The position numbers and the translations under genes are program-made. From Nitrosopumilaceae archaeon (GTDB lineage: Archaea > Thermoproteota > Nitrososphaeria > Nitrososphaerales > Nitrosopumilaceae): a stretch of DNA of 64,000 nt. This document shows, one piece after another, positions 1 through 10,216 of the stretch (position 1 is the first letter of the stretch; each line of letters starts with the position of its first letter). The notes under the pieces were generated by a model. It made no database searches and was not told the origin of the DNA. It worked only from the letters and a program-made list of their open reading frames with translations. The DNA lies in assembly GCA_965209085.1 (NCBI GenBank), contig OZ242376.1, forward strand, positions 224,001 to 288,000, given 5' to 3'.

Positions 1-2
1 TT

Positions 3-608
3 ATAACCGGATCCGGAGAAAAAGCGTTCTCTGCTGGAGCCGATATTGAATACATGTCTGAAATCACGCCGGATGAATCAGTAGAATATGCAAAATTGGG
101 ACAGCTGGTTACAGCTACAGTTGAGAGAGTAAAACAGCCTACAATCGCGGCGGTAAACGGTTTTGCACTCGGCGGAGGATGTGAGCTTGCACTTTCATGC
201 GACATACGGCTTGCCGCAGATACGGCAAAAATGGGACAGCCTGAGGTTACAATAGGCATCCCGCCAGGATGGGGGGGAACACAGCGCCTGATGAGAATCG
301 TTGGCATTGCAAAAGCAAAAGAACTGGTCTATACAGGCAAGATAATAAAAGCGGCAGAAGCTAAAGAGATTGGACTTGTAAACCACGTGTATCCGCACGA
401 GTCCCTCATGGAAGAGGCTACAAACATGGCAAAAGCTATTGCCAAAAACTCTGCAATCGGAGTTCAAATGTCAAAGACTGCAATAAACCACGGAAGAAAC
501 GCGGATTTGGAAACCGGTCTTGGTTTGGAACTTTTGGCGTGGCGCAACTGTTTTACACATGAGGATCGCAAAAACCGCATGACTGCGTTTGTCAACAAAC
601 AAAAATAA
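3..608 (+). CDS. Enoyl-CoA hydratase (3-hydroxypropionyl-CoA dehydratase/crotonyl-CoA hydratase of the 3HP/4HB cycle), 5'-partial
   Basis: Frame is open from the window edge ([18 protein letters not shown]...). Crotonase motifs [28 protein letters not shown] and [17 protein letters not shown] are present. Confidence 0.9.
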   Translation: MTGSGEKAFSAGADIEYMSEITPDESVEYAKLGQLVTATVERVKQPTIAAVNGFALGGGCELALSCDIRLAADTAKMGQPEVTIGIPPGWGGTQRLMRIVGIAKAKELVYTGKIIKAAEAKEIGLVNHVYPHESLMEEATNMAKAIAKNSAIGVQMSKTAINHGRNADLETGLGLELLAWRNCFTHEDRKNRMTAFVNKQK

Positions 609-646
609 ACAATTCATAATATATGATTAAAACTGCCTGATACTAT

Positions 647-1090
647 ATGGATAGAGTGCATATTGCAGACTGGAGCAAGTCAAAACGGTTCAACGCTAGC
701 ATGTTTGCCAGCTTTGTGGTGGCGTTTGTATTGTCCACTGCCGTAGCACATTACGCTTCTGATACAACCCATCACGTAAACGCCACGGCTGCACTAGTGG
801 CCGATTATGCTGCATACTTTGGAATGTTTTCATTTGCATACTATATGCTGAACCGCAGGACCGGGGATGTCCAATCAATTAGGAGCAATATTGTCAAACT
901 CATAACGTCCATGGGAGTGGCAGAGGCAGTATACGCGGTCATGAGATGGACGACACACTATTATTTTTTAGAGCTTGGATTTGATCCGTATGCGGCATCA
1001 ATCGTCTCGAATCTTCTCTCTGCGGCAGTATACTTTGCGACGGCAAACGTAGCAGCTAGGATTACCGGACTCTTCAAACAAAAGCAATGA
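647..1090 (+). CDS. Membrane protein with about 4 TM helices (GtrA-like)
   Basis: 147-aa ORF with four hydrophobic segments. Confidence 0.6.
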   Translation: MDRVHIADWSKSKRFNASMFASFVVAFVLSTAVAHYASDTTHHVNATAALVADYAAYFGMFSFAYYMLNRRTGDVQSIRSNIVKLITSMGVAEAVYAVMRWTTHYYFLELGFDPYAASIVSNLLSAAVYFATANVAARITGLFKQKQ

Positions 1091-1177
1091 CTTTCCCCAT
1101 TTTACGGCCAATCATGCAGGTATCCTCACGGATCATGGTTAGATTATTATGTAAATTACAAAGGCAGACTAGATGTA

Positions 1178-3268
1178 ATGTCCACATCCATCCTCTCCCC
1201 AAAATCAATAGCCGTAGTGGGGGCATCTGACAAAGCAGGCAGTGTCGGCCGTGCAATCACAAGTAACATCATCAAAGGATACAAGGGACCGATATACCCG
1301 ATAAGCCCAAGCCGACCCAAAGTCTTTGGCATAAAGGCGTACAAATCCGTTCTAGAGGTTCCAAAAAAGATAGACCTTGCCGTCATTGTAACAAAAAACA
1401 CCATCGTTCCGTATGTGCTGGAAGAATGCGGTAAAAAAGGAATAAAGGGTGCCATCGTAATTACGGCTGGATTCAAGGAAGTGGACAAAGAGGGCACAAA
1501 ACTGGAATTAAAACTAAAAGAGATTGCAAAAAAATACGGCATCAGTTTGGTCGGACCAAACTGTCTTGGCGTGATGAACCTTGATCCGAAAACAATGATG
1601 AATTCCACATTTTTAAAGATCACTCCAAAGTCCGGTCAAATTGCACTAATCTCACAGAGTGGGGCCATATGCGCCGCACTCGTAGAGGATGCAAGCGCAC
1701 AGGGAATTGGATTCTCGGCAGTAATCAGCATGGGAAACAAGGCGCAGATGAGTGAGGTAGACATGCTGCACATGCTTGCAGAGCACAAGCAGACAAAGGT
1801 AATCGTAATGTATCTGGAGGATATGGGCAACGGCCAGGAATTTCTAAAGGTGTGCCGGCATCTGACGCGGGATCTTAAAAAACCGGTTCTTGTATTAAAA
1901 TCAGGGCGCAGTCCTGAAGGTGCAAAGGCTGCAATGTCGCATACGGGCGCCCTCATGGGTTCTGATGAAACCTATGATGCACTGCTGCGTCAGTCCGGAG
2001 CAATACGGGTTGACACAATGGAGGAGCTCTTTGATTATGCCACGGCGTTTTCAAAACAGCCGCTTCCAAGAAAAGGCGATCTTGTCATAGTTTCAAACGC
2101 GGGCGGTCCGGCAATAATCTCCACGGATTCATGCTCCAAACTTGGAATAAAGATGGCAAAAATAGACAGCATACGCAAGCAAATTGATTCAGTAATTCCT
2201 CCCTGGGGCAGCTCACGCAATCCTGTTGACATTGTGGGCGATGCAGATTATGTCCGGTTTGAAAACGTATTGGACAAGGTACTGCGGCATAAAAACGTAG
2301 GATCCGTCATTACAATGTGCACGCCGTCAGCAACGCTCGACTATGACAAGCTAGCAGAGGTTGTTGTAAAAATGGCAAAAAAACATAAAAAAACAATGCT
2401 TGCAAGCCTTATGGGACTTGACGAGGGCATAAAAAATAAAGAAATTTTGGCATCTGGCGGAGTGCCGTATTATCCGTATGCTGAGCGGGCAATACACGCA
2501 CTGGGAACCATGCTGCGTTTTTCACAATGGTCCAACTCCAAACCTGGCCGGGTGAAAAAATTCCCAGTCAAAATCGCTGTGGCAAAAGAAATTATTGAAA
2601 ACGCCAGAAAACAGGGCAGAACAAGCCTGCTAGAAGAGGAGGGGCAGCAGATCCTAAAAGCGTACGGCATGCCTATTCCAAAGAGCAGGCTTGCCAAAAA
2701 CGCCGCAGACGCGCTAAAGGCTGCAAAATCAATAGGATATCCGGTGGTCATGAAGATAGTCTCACCGCAAATAATTCACAAGTCAGATGCGGGAGGTGTG
2801 GAGGTAAACCTGCAAAACCCCAACGAGATAAAATCCGCATTTGGACGCATTACAAAAAATGCCAAAAAATACAATTCAAAGGCCGAAATTAAAGGCGTTC
2901 TTGTAGTAGAGATGGTCAAAGGCGGCAAGGAGATGATAATAGGATCAAAGCTGGAACCGGGGCTGGGCCAGGTGGTAATGCTTGGAATGGGCGGAATATA
3001 CGTAGAGGTTCTCAAAGATGTCACGTTCAAACTTGCTCCCGTCTCGGATGCTGAATCGCACGAGATGGTTCACTCGCTAAAGGCCTCAAAGCTGCTGCAG
3101 GGCGTGCGCGGAGAAAAACCATCCGATATTGCATCACTTTCTGAATGCATACAGAGGCTCTCACAGCTGGTAACGGATTTGGATATACGGGAACTGGACA
3201 TGAATCCCGTACTGGTTCTTGAAAAAGGACGGGGCTGCAGGGCGCTGGACGTGCGCATCGGATTATAG
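1178..3268 (+). CDS. ADP-forming acyl-CoA synthetase, probably 4-hydroxybutyryl-CoA synthetase
   Basis: CoA-binding N-terminus (SIAVVGAS, GPNCLG), phospho-His motif SHTGAL and ATP-grasp C-terminus (HKSDAGGV, ELDMNP). Lies next to the 4-hydroxybutyryl-CoA dehydratase gene, as in Nitrosopumilus. Confidence 0.88.
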   Translation: MSTSILSPKSIAVVGASDKAGSVGRAITSNIIKGYKGPIYPISPSRPKVFGIKAYKSVLEVPKKIDLAVIVTKNTIVPYVLEECGKKGIKGAIVITAGFKEVDKEGTKLELKLKEIAKKYGISLVGPNCLGVMNLDPKTMMNSTFLKITPKSGQIALISQSGAICAALVEDASAQGIGFSAVISMGNKAQMSEVDMLHMLAEHKQTKVIVMYLEDMGNGQEFLKVCRHLTRDLKKPVLVLKSGRSPEGAKAAMSHTGALMGSDETYDALLRQSGAIRVDTMEELFDYATAFSKQPLPRKGDLVIVSNAGGPAIISTDSCSKLGIKMAKIDSIRKQIDSVIPPWGSSRNPVDIVGDADYVRFENVLDKVLRHKNVGSVITMCTPSATLDYDKLAEVVVKMAKKHKKTMLASLMGLDEGIKNKEILASGGVPYYPYAERAIHALGTMLRFSQWSNSKPGRVKKFPVKIAVAKEIIENARKQGRTSLLEEEGQQILKAYGMPIPKSRLAKNAADALKAAKSIGYPVVMKIVSPQIIHKSDAGGVEVNLQNPNEIKSAFGRITKNAKKYNSKAEIKGVLVVEMVKGGKEMIIGSKLEPGLGQVVMLGMGGIYVEVLKDVTFKLAPVSDAESHEMVHSLKASKLLQGVRGEKPSDIASLSECIQRLSQLVTDLDIRELDMNPVLVLEKGRGCRALDVRIGL

Positions 3269-3400
3269 AATAGTATGAGGTCAGTACCTCGTGCTATTTT
3301 GTGCATACATCTTCATTTATTGCATAAATTTTAGGCATGATGTGATCTCGTACATGGAATATGGTTTAAAATTTATAACACCAGCTCCCCATTATAATAC

Positions 3401-4900
3401 ATGGCGATTAGAACCGGCGAGGATTACATCCAGAGTCTGCGCGGAAGAAACCTCAAAATCTATCTTTTTGGCGAGCTGGTAAAAGAGCCAGTGGATCACC
3501 CCATGATACGTCCTTCAATAAACGCCGTGGCCGAGACGTACGATTTGGCGGTTCGCGAGGAAGATCTGGCATCTGCCACATCTGCCATGACGGGCAAGAA
3601 AATAAGCCGGTTTTTGCACATTGCCGAGAGCGCAGAAGATTTGGTAATGCAAAACAAGATGCAGCGCAAGCTTGGCCAAAACACTGCCACCTGTTTTCAG
3701 CGTTGCGTGGGAATGGATGCGCTCAATTCACTGCATTCTACAACATTTGAGATTGATGAAAAACACGGAACAGACTATCACAAAAAATTTCTAGCTTTTG
3801 TAAAAATAATGCACGAGGGCAACTTTGTCATCGGAGGCGCCATGACGGATCCAAAGGGAGACCGGGGCAAGGGACCGTCCGAGCAGGCTGACCCCGATCT
3901 GTTTGTTCACGTTGTTGAAAAAACCGACAAGGGTGTGTATGTTACGGGTGCAAAGGCGCACCAGACCGGATGCATAAATTCGCACTGGATAATCCTAATG
4001 CCGACGATGAACCTCTCAGAGGCGGACAAAGATTATGCGATTGTGGGTGCGATACCTGCCGACGCCAAAGGCATCACGTACATTTACGGAAGACAATCGT
4101 GTGATACGCGCAGCATGGAAGATGGCGATATTGATTCGGGCAACGCAATGTACAGCGGACAGGAGGCGATGATCATTTTAGAGAGGGTGTTTATACCAAA
4201 TGAGCTGATATTCATGTACGGAGAGCACGAATACGCATCCATGCTAATTGACAGGTTTACGTGCTATCACCGTCGCAGTTATGTCTGCAAGACCGGACTT
4301 GGCGATGTGCTTATCGGGGCTGCTGCAACAATAGCTGACTATAACGGAGTTGCAAAAGCATCCCACATAAAGGACAAACTTGTAGAGATGACCCACCTAA
4401 ACGAGACGATATTTGCAGCCGGAATTGCATCCTCATATCAGGCATTCAAGACAAAATCCGGCGTATATATGAACGATAACCTCCTCGCACAGGTGTGCAA
4501 ACATAACGTAACGCGGTTCCCGTATGAAATCAGCAGGCTTGCACAGGATATAGCAGGAGGTCTCATGGTAACACTGCCGTCGGAAAAAGATTTTAGACAT
4601 CCAGAATCGGGTCCAATGCTGAAAAAATATCTTGCCGGCAGGGAGGGAGTTGACGTGGAAAACCGTATAAGAATACTGCGGCTGATTGAAAACATGACGC
4701 TTGGGCGCAACGCCGTGGGATATCTTACCGAATCAATGCACGGAGCAGGATCTCCACAGGCGCAAAGAATACAGATTGCAAGACAGATGCAGCTTGGATA
4801 TAAAATGAATTTGGCAAAAAAACTCGCCCAGGTCAAAAACGATACGGTAGAACCCAAGGAAAACTCGGATTATTTCAAGCGCGTCTTTAAGATAATCTAG
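3401..4900 (+). CDS. hcd: 4-hydroxybutyryl-CoA dehydratase
   Basis: CFQRCVGMD Fe-S motif, GAMTDPKGDR, HRRSYVCK and ESMHGAGSPQAQ. Confidence 0.93.
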   Translation: MAIRTGEDYIQSLRGRNLKIYLFGELVKEPVDHPMIRPSINAVAETYDLAVREEDLASATSAMTGKKISRFLHIAESAEDLVMQNKMQRKLGQNTATCFQRCVGMDALNSLHSTTFEIDEKHGTDYHKKFLAFVKIMHEGNFVIGGAMTDPKGDRGKGPSEQADPDLFVHVVEKTDKGVYVTGAKAHQTGCINSHWIILMPTMNLSEADKDYAIVGAIPADAKGITYIYGRQSCDTRSMEDGDIDSGNAMYSGQEAMIILERVFIPNELIFMYGEHEYASMLIDRFTCYHRRSYVCKTGLGDVLIGAAATIADYNGVAKASHIKDKLVEMTHLNETIFAAGIASSYQAFKTKSGVYMNDNLLAQVCKHNVTRFPYEISRLAQDIAGGLMVTLPSEKDFRHPESGPMLKKYLAGREGVDVENRIRILRLIENMTLGRNAVGYLTESMHGAGSPQAQRIQIARQMQLGYKMNLAKKLAQVKNDTVEPKENSDYFKRVFKII

Positions 4901-4970
4901 GCGCAGTTTTGTAAACTTGCATGTTCAGTCTGGCTAATTATCGCCAACATGCAATTATTTTACACATTAT

Positions 4971-5630
4971 CTAGACATTTTTCTCAGAATCTGAATCTTC
5001 TTTTTTTGGAGGATCGTCGGGTTTTTCATCAAACACTGCATCGCGGGTGGTATTATCCAAACCGTCTTTAGGTTTTTCATCATCATTTATGTTATCTGCA
5101 AAATTTTCCATTATGGCTTTTTTGTTTTTTGATTTTTTGTCGAAAAAATGTTTTGCAACCATTATGGATATGATTATGGCCATGATGATATAGTTTGTAG
5201 GGGGCATGAGTATTTTTGTCACATATCCAAGCTGGGGCACGGTAAAAATCACGGTTCCGATATACTCATCTTCTGTTATCGGATAATCGGTGCCGGGAAT
5301 TGACGCTGAATTTGCATCCCCTTTTGTTCTCAATTCTACGGGATTTTCGTTTGTTATCGATTTGACCCTGTGAACTATGACTCTTTCATGATCCGAAGGC
5401 CTGTCAAATACAATAATGTCGCCGATTTTAACTTCTGTTATTGGATTCTTTCCCTGTACTATGATAATGTCGTTTATTTCCAATTCTGGAACCATACTTC
5501 CGCTTGAAACCACATAAAACGGATTTGTAACTCCAAGCGTTACCTGTAAAAGTAGCCATACCACCGCAAGACCTGCAAGTGTGATGCACAAATCCCTTAC
5601 CACCTTGTTGGATAGTATGTTTGCAACCAT
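4971..5630 (-). CDS. Signal peptidase I (archaeal Sec11-type)
   Basis: VVSSGSMVP, VIVHRV and TKGDAN motifs, flanked by TM helices. Confidence 0.9.
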   Translation of the reverse strand: MVANILSNKVVRDLCITLAGLAVVWLLLQVTLGVTNPFYVVSSGSMVPELEINDIIIVQGKNPITEVKIGDIIVFDRPSDHERVIVHRVKSITNENPVELRTKGDANSASIPGTDYPITEDEYIGTVIFTVPQLGYVTKILMPPTNYIIMAIIISIMVAKHFFDKKSKNKKAIMENFADNINDDEKPKDGLDNTTRDAVFDEKPDDPPKKEDSDSEKNV

Positions 5631-5644
5631 TGTAATCACTTTGT

Positions 5645-6349
5645 CTAAATTTTACTGCCGCACTGTTCGCAAAACTTTGAGCCAGACTTGTTTGATTTAC
5701 CGCATTCTGGACATCCGTCAGTGGATTTTACAGCATCATCGTCTGCGCTTTTTAATAGAATTATTTCCCCAACTTTTTTTACCTGTGACCACGGTACGGT
5801 CACGACTGTTCCATCATCTTTGTCAATTGACAACACTAGGGATTTGGCATCATCTATGCCAATTTGTCCGGCACTGCCAATTTTTATTCCAGATTCGTCG
5901 TATACTGTCATACCGCCAATTGGTTTTATCTCACCGCTTACGGCGTCAGGTACTGTGGAAATTTTTTCCTGACGTGTGACAACAGTCTGCTGTTCCTGCG
6001 GTTTTGCCATTCCGATATCTCCTGCCTCGTCGGGTTTTACAAACTGACGGTATTCTGCAATAGTCGTTCCGCATTCGGTGCAGGAATATTTACCGCGTTC
6101 GGCTAGAACCAAATTATCTGCAACTTCCTCGTTTGGATTTTCATACTCAATTTCAGGGCATCCTTGCATCTCTTTTTCACATGTATTGCAAAAATATTTT
6201 GAAATAGATTCGTTTGGAAGCCTGCCAATGGGAGCCAAAAACAGATCAGGACCTCCAAGATTACCCTTGCTTTGCTGTTCATCGGTCAGTGAGGCCATGA
6301 TATAACCGCCAGAACCGCGAAGTTTTTTCATCCGTAGCTCTGAACTCAT
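5645..6349 (-). CDS. Zinc-ribbon plus PRC-barrel domain protein
   Basis: CxxC pairs, PRC-barrel-like GMTVYDESGIKIG...VPWSQVKKVGEIILL and a C-terminal CPECG...FCEQCG. Confidence 0.75.
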   Translation of the reverse strand: MSSELRMKKLRGSGGYIMASLTDEQQSKGNLGGPDLFLAPIGRLPNESISKYFCNTCEKEMQGCPEIEYENPNEEVADNLVLAERGKYSCTECGTTIAEYRQFVKPDEAGDIGMAKPQEQQTVVTRQEKISTVPDAVSGEIKPIGGMTVYDESGIKIGSAGQIGIDDAKSLVLSIDKDDGTVVTVPWSQVKKVGEIILLKSADDDAVKSTDGCPECGKSNKSGSKFCEQCGSKI

Positions 6350-6463
6350 AGATAGGCTAGTATATTACACCTTTATGTATATTTTCAACTTGAACGCATG
6401 AGGATTTAATTTGACGCCATGTACGTTTGATAATTCTTAACACTTTTAGGGCGTATTTACCAC

Positions 6464-6796
6464 ATGGTGAATATGGCTCTAGAAAAAGTTACCACTCCTG
6501 CAGAATGGCAATCCAAAGTCTTGGATTCCCCAATGCCCGTATTTGTTGACTTTTGGGCCGAATGGTGCGGTCCGTGCAGAATGGTGAGTCCTGTAGTGGA
6601 GGAACTTGCAGGCGAGTATGATGGCAAGGTAAACTTTATCAAAGTAAACGTGGATGAGGCAGGCGAAGTGGCCTCCAAATACAGCGTATTTAGCATACCC
6701 ACACTCATGCTGTTCAGCAAAGGGGAAATTATAGCACAAAACGTGGGAGCTTCATCCAAAGATTCCTACAAAAAGATGATAGATAAAGCTCTCTAG
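6464..6796 (+). CDS. trxA: Thioredoxin
   Basis: VDFWAEWCGPC active site and SIPT cis-Pro motif. Confidence 0.93.
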   Translation: MVNMALEKVTTPAEWQSKVLDSPMPVFVDFWAEWCGPCRMVSPVVEELAGEYDGKVNFIKVNVDEAGEVASKYSVFSIPTLMLFSKGEIIAQNVGASSKDSYKKMIDKAL

Positions 6797-6853
6797 ACCG
6801 CATATTGGAACTTTTTCAAAACCGTTTAATATCGCTAGTATGAATGATACACC

Positions 6854-7384
6854 ATGTCTCTTGGAGAAGTGGATACGCTAAATCTGTTAACTGAAAAACT
6901 GGACAGTCTATTTACGGACTCGCAGAGTTATTACGAATCCTTTCTTGACATGAACAATCTGTATAAAAACGGCAAAATCGGAGAAAAGGAATTTTTTGCA
7001 AAGCTTGGGGATTATGTGGTGGCTTATTCTGCACTGGAATTTCTCTCAGTAAAGGTAGTTTTGGAACTTAAAAAAACAATTGATAAAATGTCCAAAGGTC
7101 AGGCTCTGGGAGGAACACAATCACCTGGACTGATGCCAGGTATGGGATCTCCTGGGACGATGCCGGGAGGAATGCAGCCTAGGGTTGGATCAAGCGACAA
7201 TCCTGTTGGAGGGCCACCTGGAATAGTGTCGGCAAACCAGGAATTTAACGATCTGGGAACACTTCCATCGCCGGATCCGTCACTTGTACCGCAACAACAG
7301 CCATCTGCCAATGCGTGTTCTTCGTGCGGTTCAAATCTACGTGCGGGGGCAAAATTCTGCACATCATGTGGAACAAAAGTCTAA
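6854..7384 (+). CDS. Conserved thaumarchaeal zinc-ribbon protein
   Basis: Helical N-terminus, G/P-rich linker and C-terminal CSSCG...FCTSCG. Confidence 0.7.
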   Translation: MSLGEVDTLNLLTEKLDSLFTDSQSYYESFLDMNNLYKNGKIGEKEFFAKLGDYVVAYSALEFLSVKVVLELKKTIDKMSKGQALGGTQSPGLMPGMGSPGTMPGGMQPRVGSSDNPVGGPPGIVSANQEFNDLGTLPSPDPSLVPQQQPSANACSSCGSNLRAGAKFCTSCGTKV

Positions 7385-7743
7385 TCTTGCGTTGTACCGC
7401 ATTCGGTACAAAATTTTGCAGTTGATGATATTTTTATACCGCATTCTCCACAAAATCTGGATTCGCCTTCTGCAGTACTGCGGGTGCTGCCGTATGCACT
7501 TGACTGTCTGACAGCGCCGCTGGGAACATAGGTATCATCGTCAATAATGTTGGCGGGGGCAAAATCTTTCTCATCAACATACGAATACAGTCTTGGCATG
7601 GTTGAATCCTTGTCTGTCGGATCCGGTATTATGTCCCCAAGCCAAAAGGCAAATCTTGTAAGAGTCAGCTCTGGCGTGGAAAATGCAAGCGTATGGGCGG
7701 ACATATAGTCTTCGGCCGCTTTTTTCCCGTTGAATACCTTCAT
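7381..7743 (-). CDS. Zinc-ribbon domain protein
   Basis: C-terminal FCGECG...FCTECG. Confidence 0.7.
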   Translation of the reverse strand: MKVFNGKKAAEDYMSAHTLAFSTPELTLTRFAFWLGDIIPDPTDKDSTMPRLYSYVDEKDFAPANIIDDDTYVPSGAVRQSSAYGSTRSTAEGESRFCGECGIKISSTAKFCTECGTTQD

Positions 7744-7779
7744 GAGTAAACACCGTTACATTTGGTAATGTATAACTTT

Positions 7780-7854
7780 TGGTGGACCAGGAGGGAATTG
7801 AACCCTCGACTTCCGCGTTGCGAACGCGGCATTATACCACTAAACCACTGGCCC
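7780..7854 (-). tRNA. tRNA-Ala(CGC)
   Basis: GGGCCAG...TGGTCCA-CCA cloverleaf with anticodon arm CCGCG-TTCGCAA-CGCGG and T-loop GTTCAA. Confidence 0.95.
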
Positions 7855-7915
7855 ATGAGAAAACGTGCGGTTACAGGCGTTTTTAATCATTACGTGCCTC
7901 TTGAATACACTATAA

Positions 7916-8005
7916 TAGCGACACGCCAATGTTCATGAGCATCTAACCATCTCTGTACTATTGGATTGAGACTATTTTTAGCTCACGAACTTTTGCGTGT
8001 GGCTA
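7916..8005. mobile_element. 90-bp MITE with ~25-bp imperfect TIRs, related to the IS481-like remnant at 61030
   Basis: Left end TAGCGACACGCCAATGTTCATGAGC; right end reverse complement TAGCCACACGCAAAAGTTCGTGAGC. The same repeat occurs at 61030. Confidence 0.75.
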
Positions 8006-8078
8006 AAGATACAAATAATCTCATCATATTTCATTTTACACGAGTGTTGAAGAATGGGCCAAAAAATTAAATGAAGAA

Positions 8079-8735
8079 GTGTTTAATGATTGGAAAAAAA
8101 ATAAACGTACGCAATTAAAACATGGTTTTAACATTTTTTCATCACCAGTGCATGAAAATCCTCTAGTGATGATTATAACTCTAAATCCCGGAGGTGATGA
8201 AGATTTTAAATATTATCCGCAGTATAATCAGTATGAAAACGGAGAATTTAATACTATGAAAAATAATAATTGCATTTACAATTGTTCAAACTTTTTTACA
8301 AAACTTTTAGACATATTTGCACCATATCATTATAAAATATTAGACGAATCTGTTAGAATGCAAATTTTATTTTATCGCAGTAAAAATATTGGAGTATGGA
8401 ATAGCAAATTTAAATCAGATAAAAAAACAAAAAAAGATCTTGAATCATATTGTTATGATAAAACAGTTGAAGGAATAAAGAAAATAAAACCAAAATTATT
8501 GTTGATTACAGGTATTGATACATTTCATAGATTAAATAAAAATAACGACATGATAAAAAAAGAAATTTGTTATGAACCGTATAATAAGAATAAACGAGAA
8601 ATATACTCTAAAACAACGTGGTCTGAAGATAATATTCCCGTATTATCCACAATACATCCCGCTAGATTTACTAATTATTCTAAAGGAATGATCAAATCGA
8701 AACTTGATGATATTCTAAGCAACATGTACAACTAG
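8079..8735 (+). CDS. Uracil-DNA glycosylase-superfamily-like protein (AT-rich, accessory)
   Basis: Motif-A-like IITLNPGGD, IKPKLLLITG and motif-B-like STIHPA. The frame is open about 20 codons upstream of the GTG, so the start is uncertain. Confidence 0.55.
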   Translation: MFNDWKKNKRTQLKHGFNIFSSPVHENPLVMIITLNPGGDEDFKYYPQYNQYENGEFNTMKNNNCIYNCSNFFTKLLDIFAPYHYKILDESVRMQILFYRSKNIGVWNSKFKSDKKTKKDLESYCYDKTVEGIKKIKPKLLLITGIDTFHRLNKNNDMIKKEICYEPYNKNKREIYSKTTWSEDNIPVLSTIHPARFTNYSKGMIKSKLDDILSNMYN

Positions 8736-8806
8736 ATGCTGTAAATTCTAAAACCTGTGTAATATATGCCCGTGCCATTAATAACACAGATTGCGTACAA
8801 CACGGC

Positions 8807-10216
8807 ATGGTCACATACGATATGATAGTTTCAGGCGCCCACGTTGTAACTCCTTCCGGAATAATGGAGAGAAATATCATCATAAACGATGAAAAAATTT
8901 CCGCTATTACGATAGACGAACCCCAGTGCGACCAAAAGATCAGGACAAACGGACTGGTTGCAATACCTGGAGCAATTGACACTCACGTACATTACGGAGT
9001 TTACTCTCCAATTGACCGGGCTGCGGCAACAGAATCGCATGCAGCTGCAATAGGCGGGGTAACAACAATGATGCGCATGCTCCGATTGGGAGGATCGTAT
9101 AAAAAATTATTAAACGAGCAGCTAAAGGCAAGCTTGGAAAAACATTACGTAGATTATGCAGTCCATGCGTCGATATTTGATCTTGAACAGGCCGAAGAGA
9201 TGGATTATTGCATAAAATCCCAAATTACATCATTCAAACTGTACATGAATCTTGGATCGGAAATCGGACACGTCTACATGGACATGAAACCGGGTTCATC
9301 AAAGCTGGTAGAAGCTCGGGTGGAAGTTACAGATGAAATTGTCGATCGTGTGGTTGCAAATGCTGCAAAACTGGGATGTCCGGTACTTGTTCATGCAGAA
9401 GATTACGAGTCGTGCTCTTGCGGAATAAAAACTGCAAGAGAAAAAAATCAGGATGGACTTGCGGCATGGTCTGAGAGCCGCTCTCCTGAATACGAGGCAA
9501 AAGCCATAGGCCGCGTTTCAGCCATGGCAAGAAAGCACGGCTGTATTCTGTATTTTGTACATATAGGATCAGCTGCGGCATTGGAAAAAATACGTGCAGA
9601 GCGTAATCTTGGAACAAAAATATTCGTAGAGACATGCCCGCACTATCTGGCACTCTCCCATGAGAGTCAGACAGGCTATCTTGCAAAGGTAATGCCTCCG
9701 ATTAGAACTCGAAAAGATCAGGATGCTGTATGGAATGCCGTATGCTCTGGCGAAATTAACACCATAGGCACGGATCATGTTGCAAACCGGATAAAATCAA
9801 AACTAGATGGGACCCACGAGGAGGGCGTGTGGGGAGCCCTTGCAGGATTTCCTGGAATAGGTACGTCCCTGCCGGTTCTTGCCAGCATGGGGGTAAACGA
9901 GGGAAAACTCTCGCTTGAAAGGCTTGTAAATCTTACCAGCACCAACGCTGCCAAAATATTCTCGCTTGCACCAGGCAAGGGCACCATATCTGTGGGTGCT
10001 GATGCAGATATTGCCATACTGGATATGAAACTTGAAAACAAAGTATCCAGTGAGATATTCGGAGGATTTTCAGATTATACCGTATACGAGGGATGGAACC
10101 TAAGGGGTTGGCCCGTAAAAACAATCGTACGAGGAAGTCTTGTTGCAGAAAACTTTGAGATCGTGGGAAAATTAGGACACGGCAAACTCGTACCGCGCAC
10201 TATTTTGCAATCCTGA
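8807..10216 (+). CDS. Cyclic amidohydrolase (dihydroorotase/dihydropyrimidinase/allantoinase family)
   Basis: PGAIDTHVH, SFKLYM, VHAED, ETCPHYL, GTDH and GADAD motifs. Confidence 0.88.
   Translation: MVTYDMIVSGAHVVTPSGIMERNIIINDEKISAITIDEPQCDQKIRTNGLVAIPGAIDTHVHYGVYSPIDRAAATESHAAAIGGVTTMMRMLRLGGSYKKLLNEQLKASLEKHYVDYAVHASIFDLEQAEEMDYCIKSQITSFKLYMNLGSEIGHVYMDMKPGSSKLVEARVEVTDEIVDRVVANAAKLGCPVLVHAEDYESCSCGIKTAREKNQDGLAAWSESRSPEYEAKAIGRVSAMARKHGCILYFVHIGSAAALEKIRAERNLGTKIFVETCPHYLALSHESQTGYLAKVMPPIRTRKDQDAVWNAVCSGEINTIGTDHVANRIKSKLDGTHEEGVWGALAGFPGIGTSLPVLASMGVNEGKLSLERLVNLTSTNAAKIFSLAPGKGTISVGADADIAILDMKLENKVSSEIFGGFSDYTVYEGWNLRGWPVKTIVRGSLVAENFEIVGKLGHGKLVPRTILQS

Noticed and set aside
5645-7743. 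Cluster of three zinc-ribbon proteins around trxA as a novel system
   Set aside because: It has host-like composition and looks like conserved thaumarchaeal core; nothing in the sequence ties the genes into a system.
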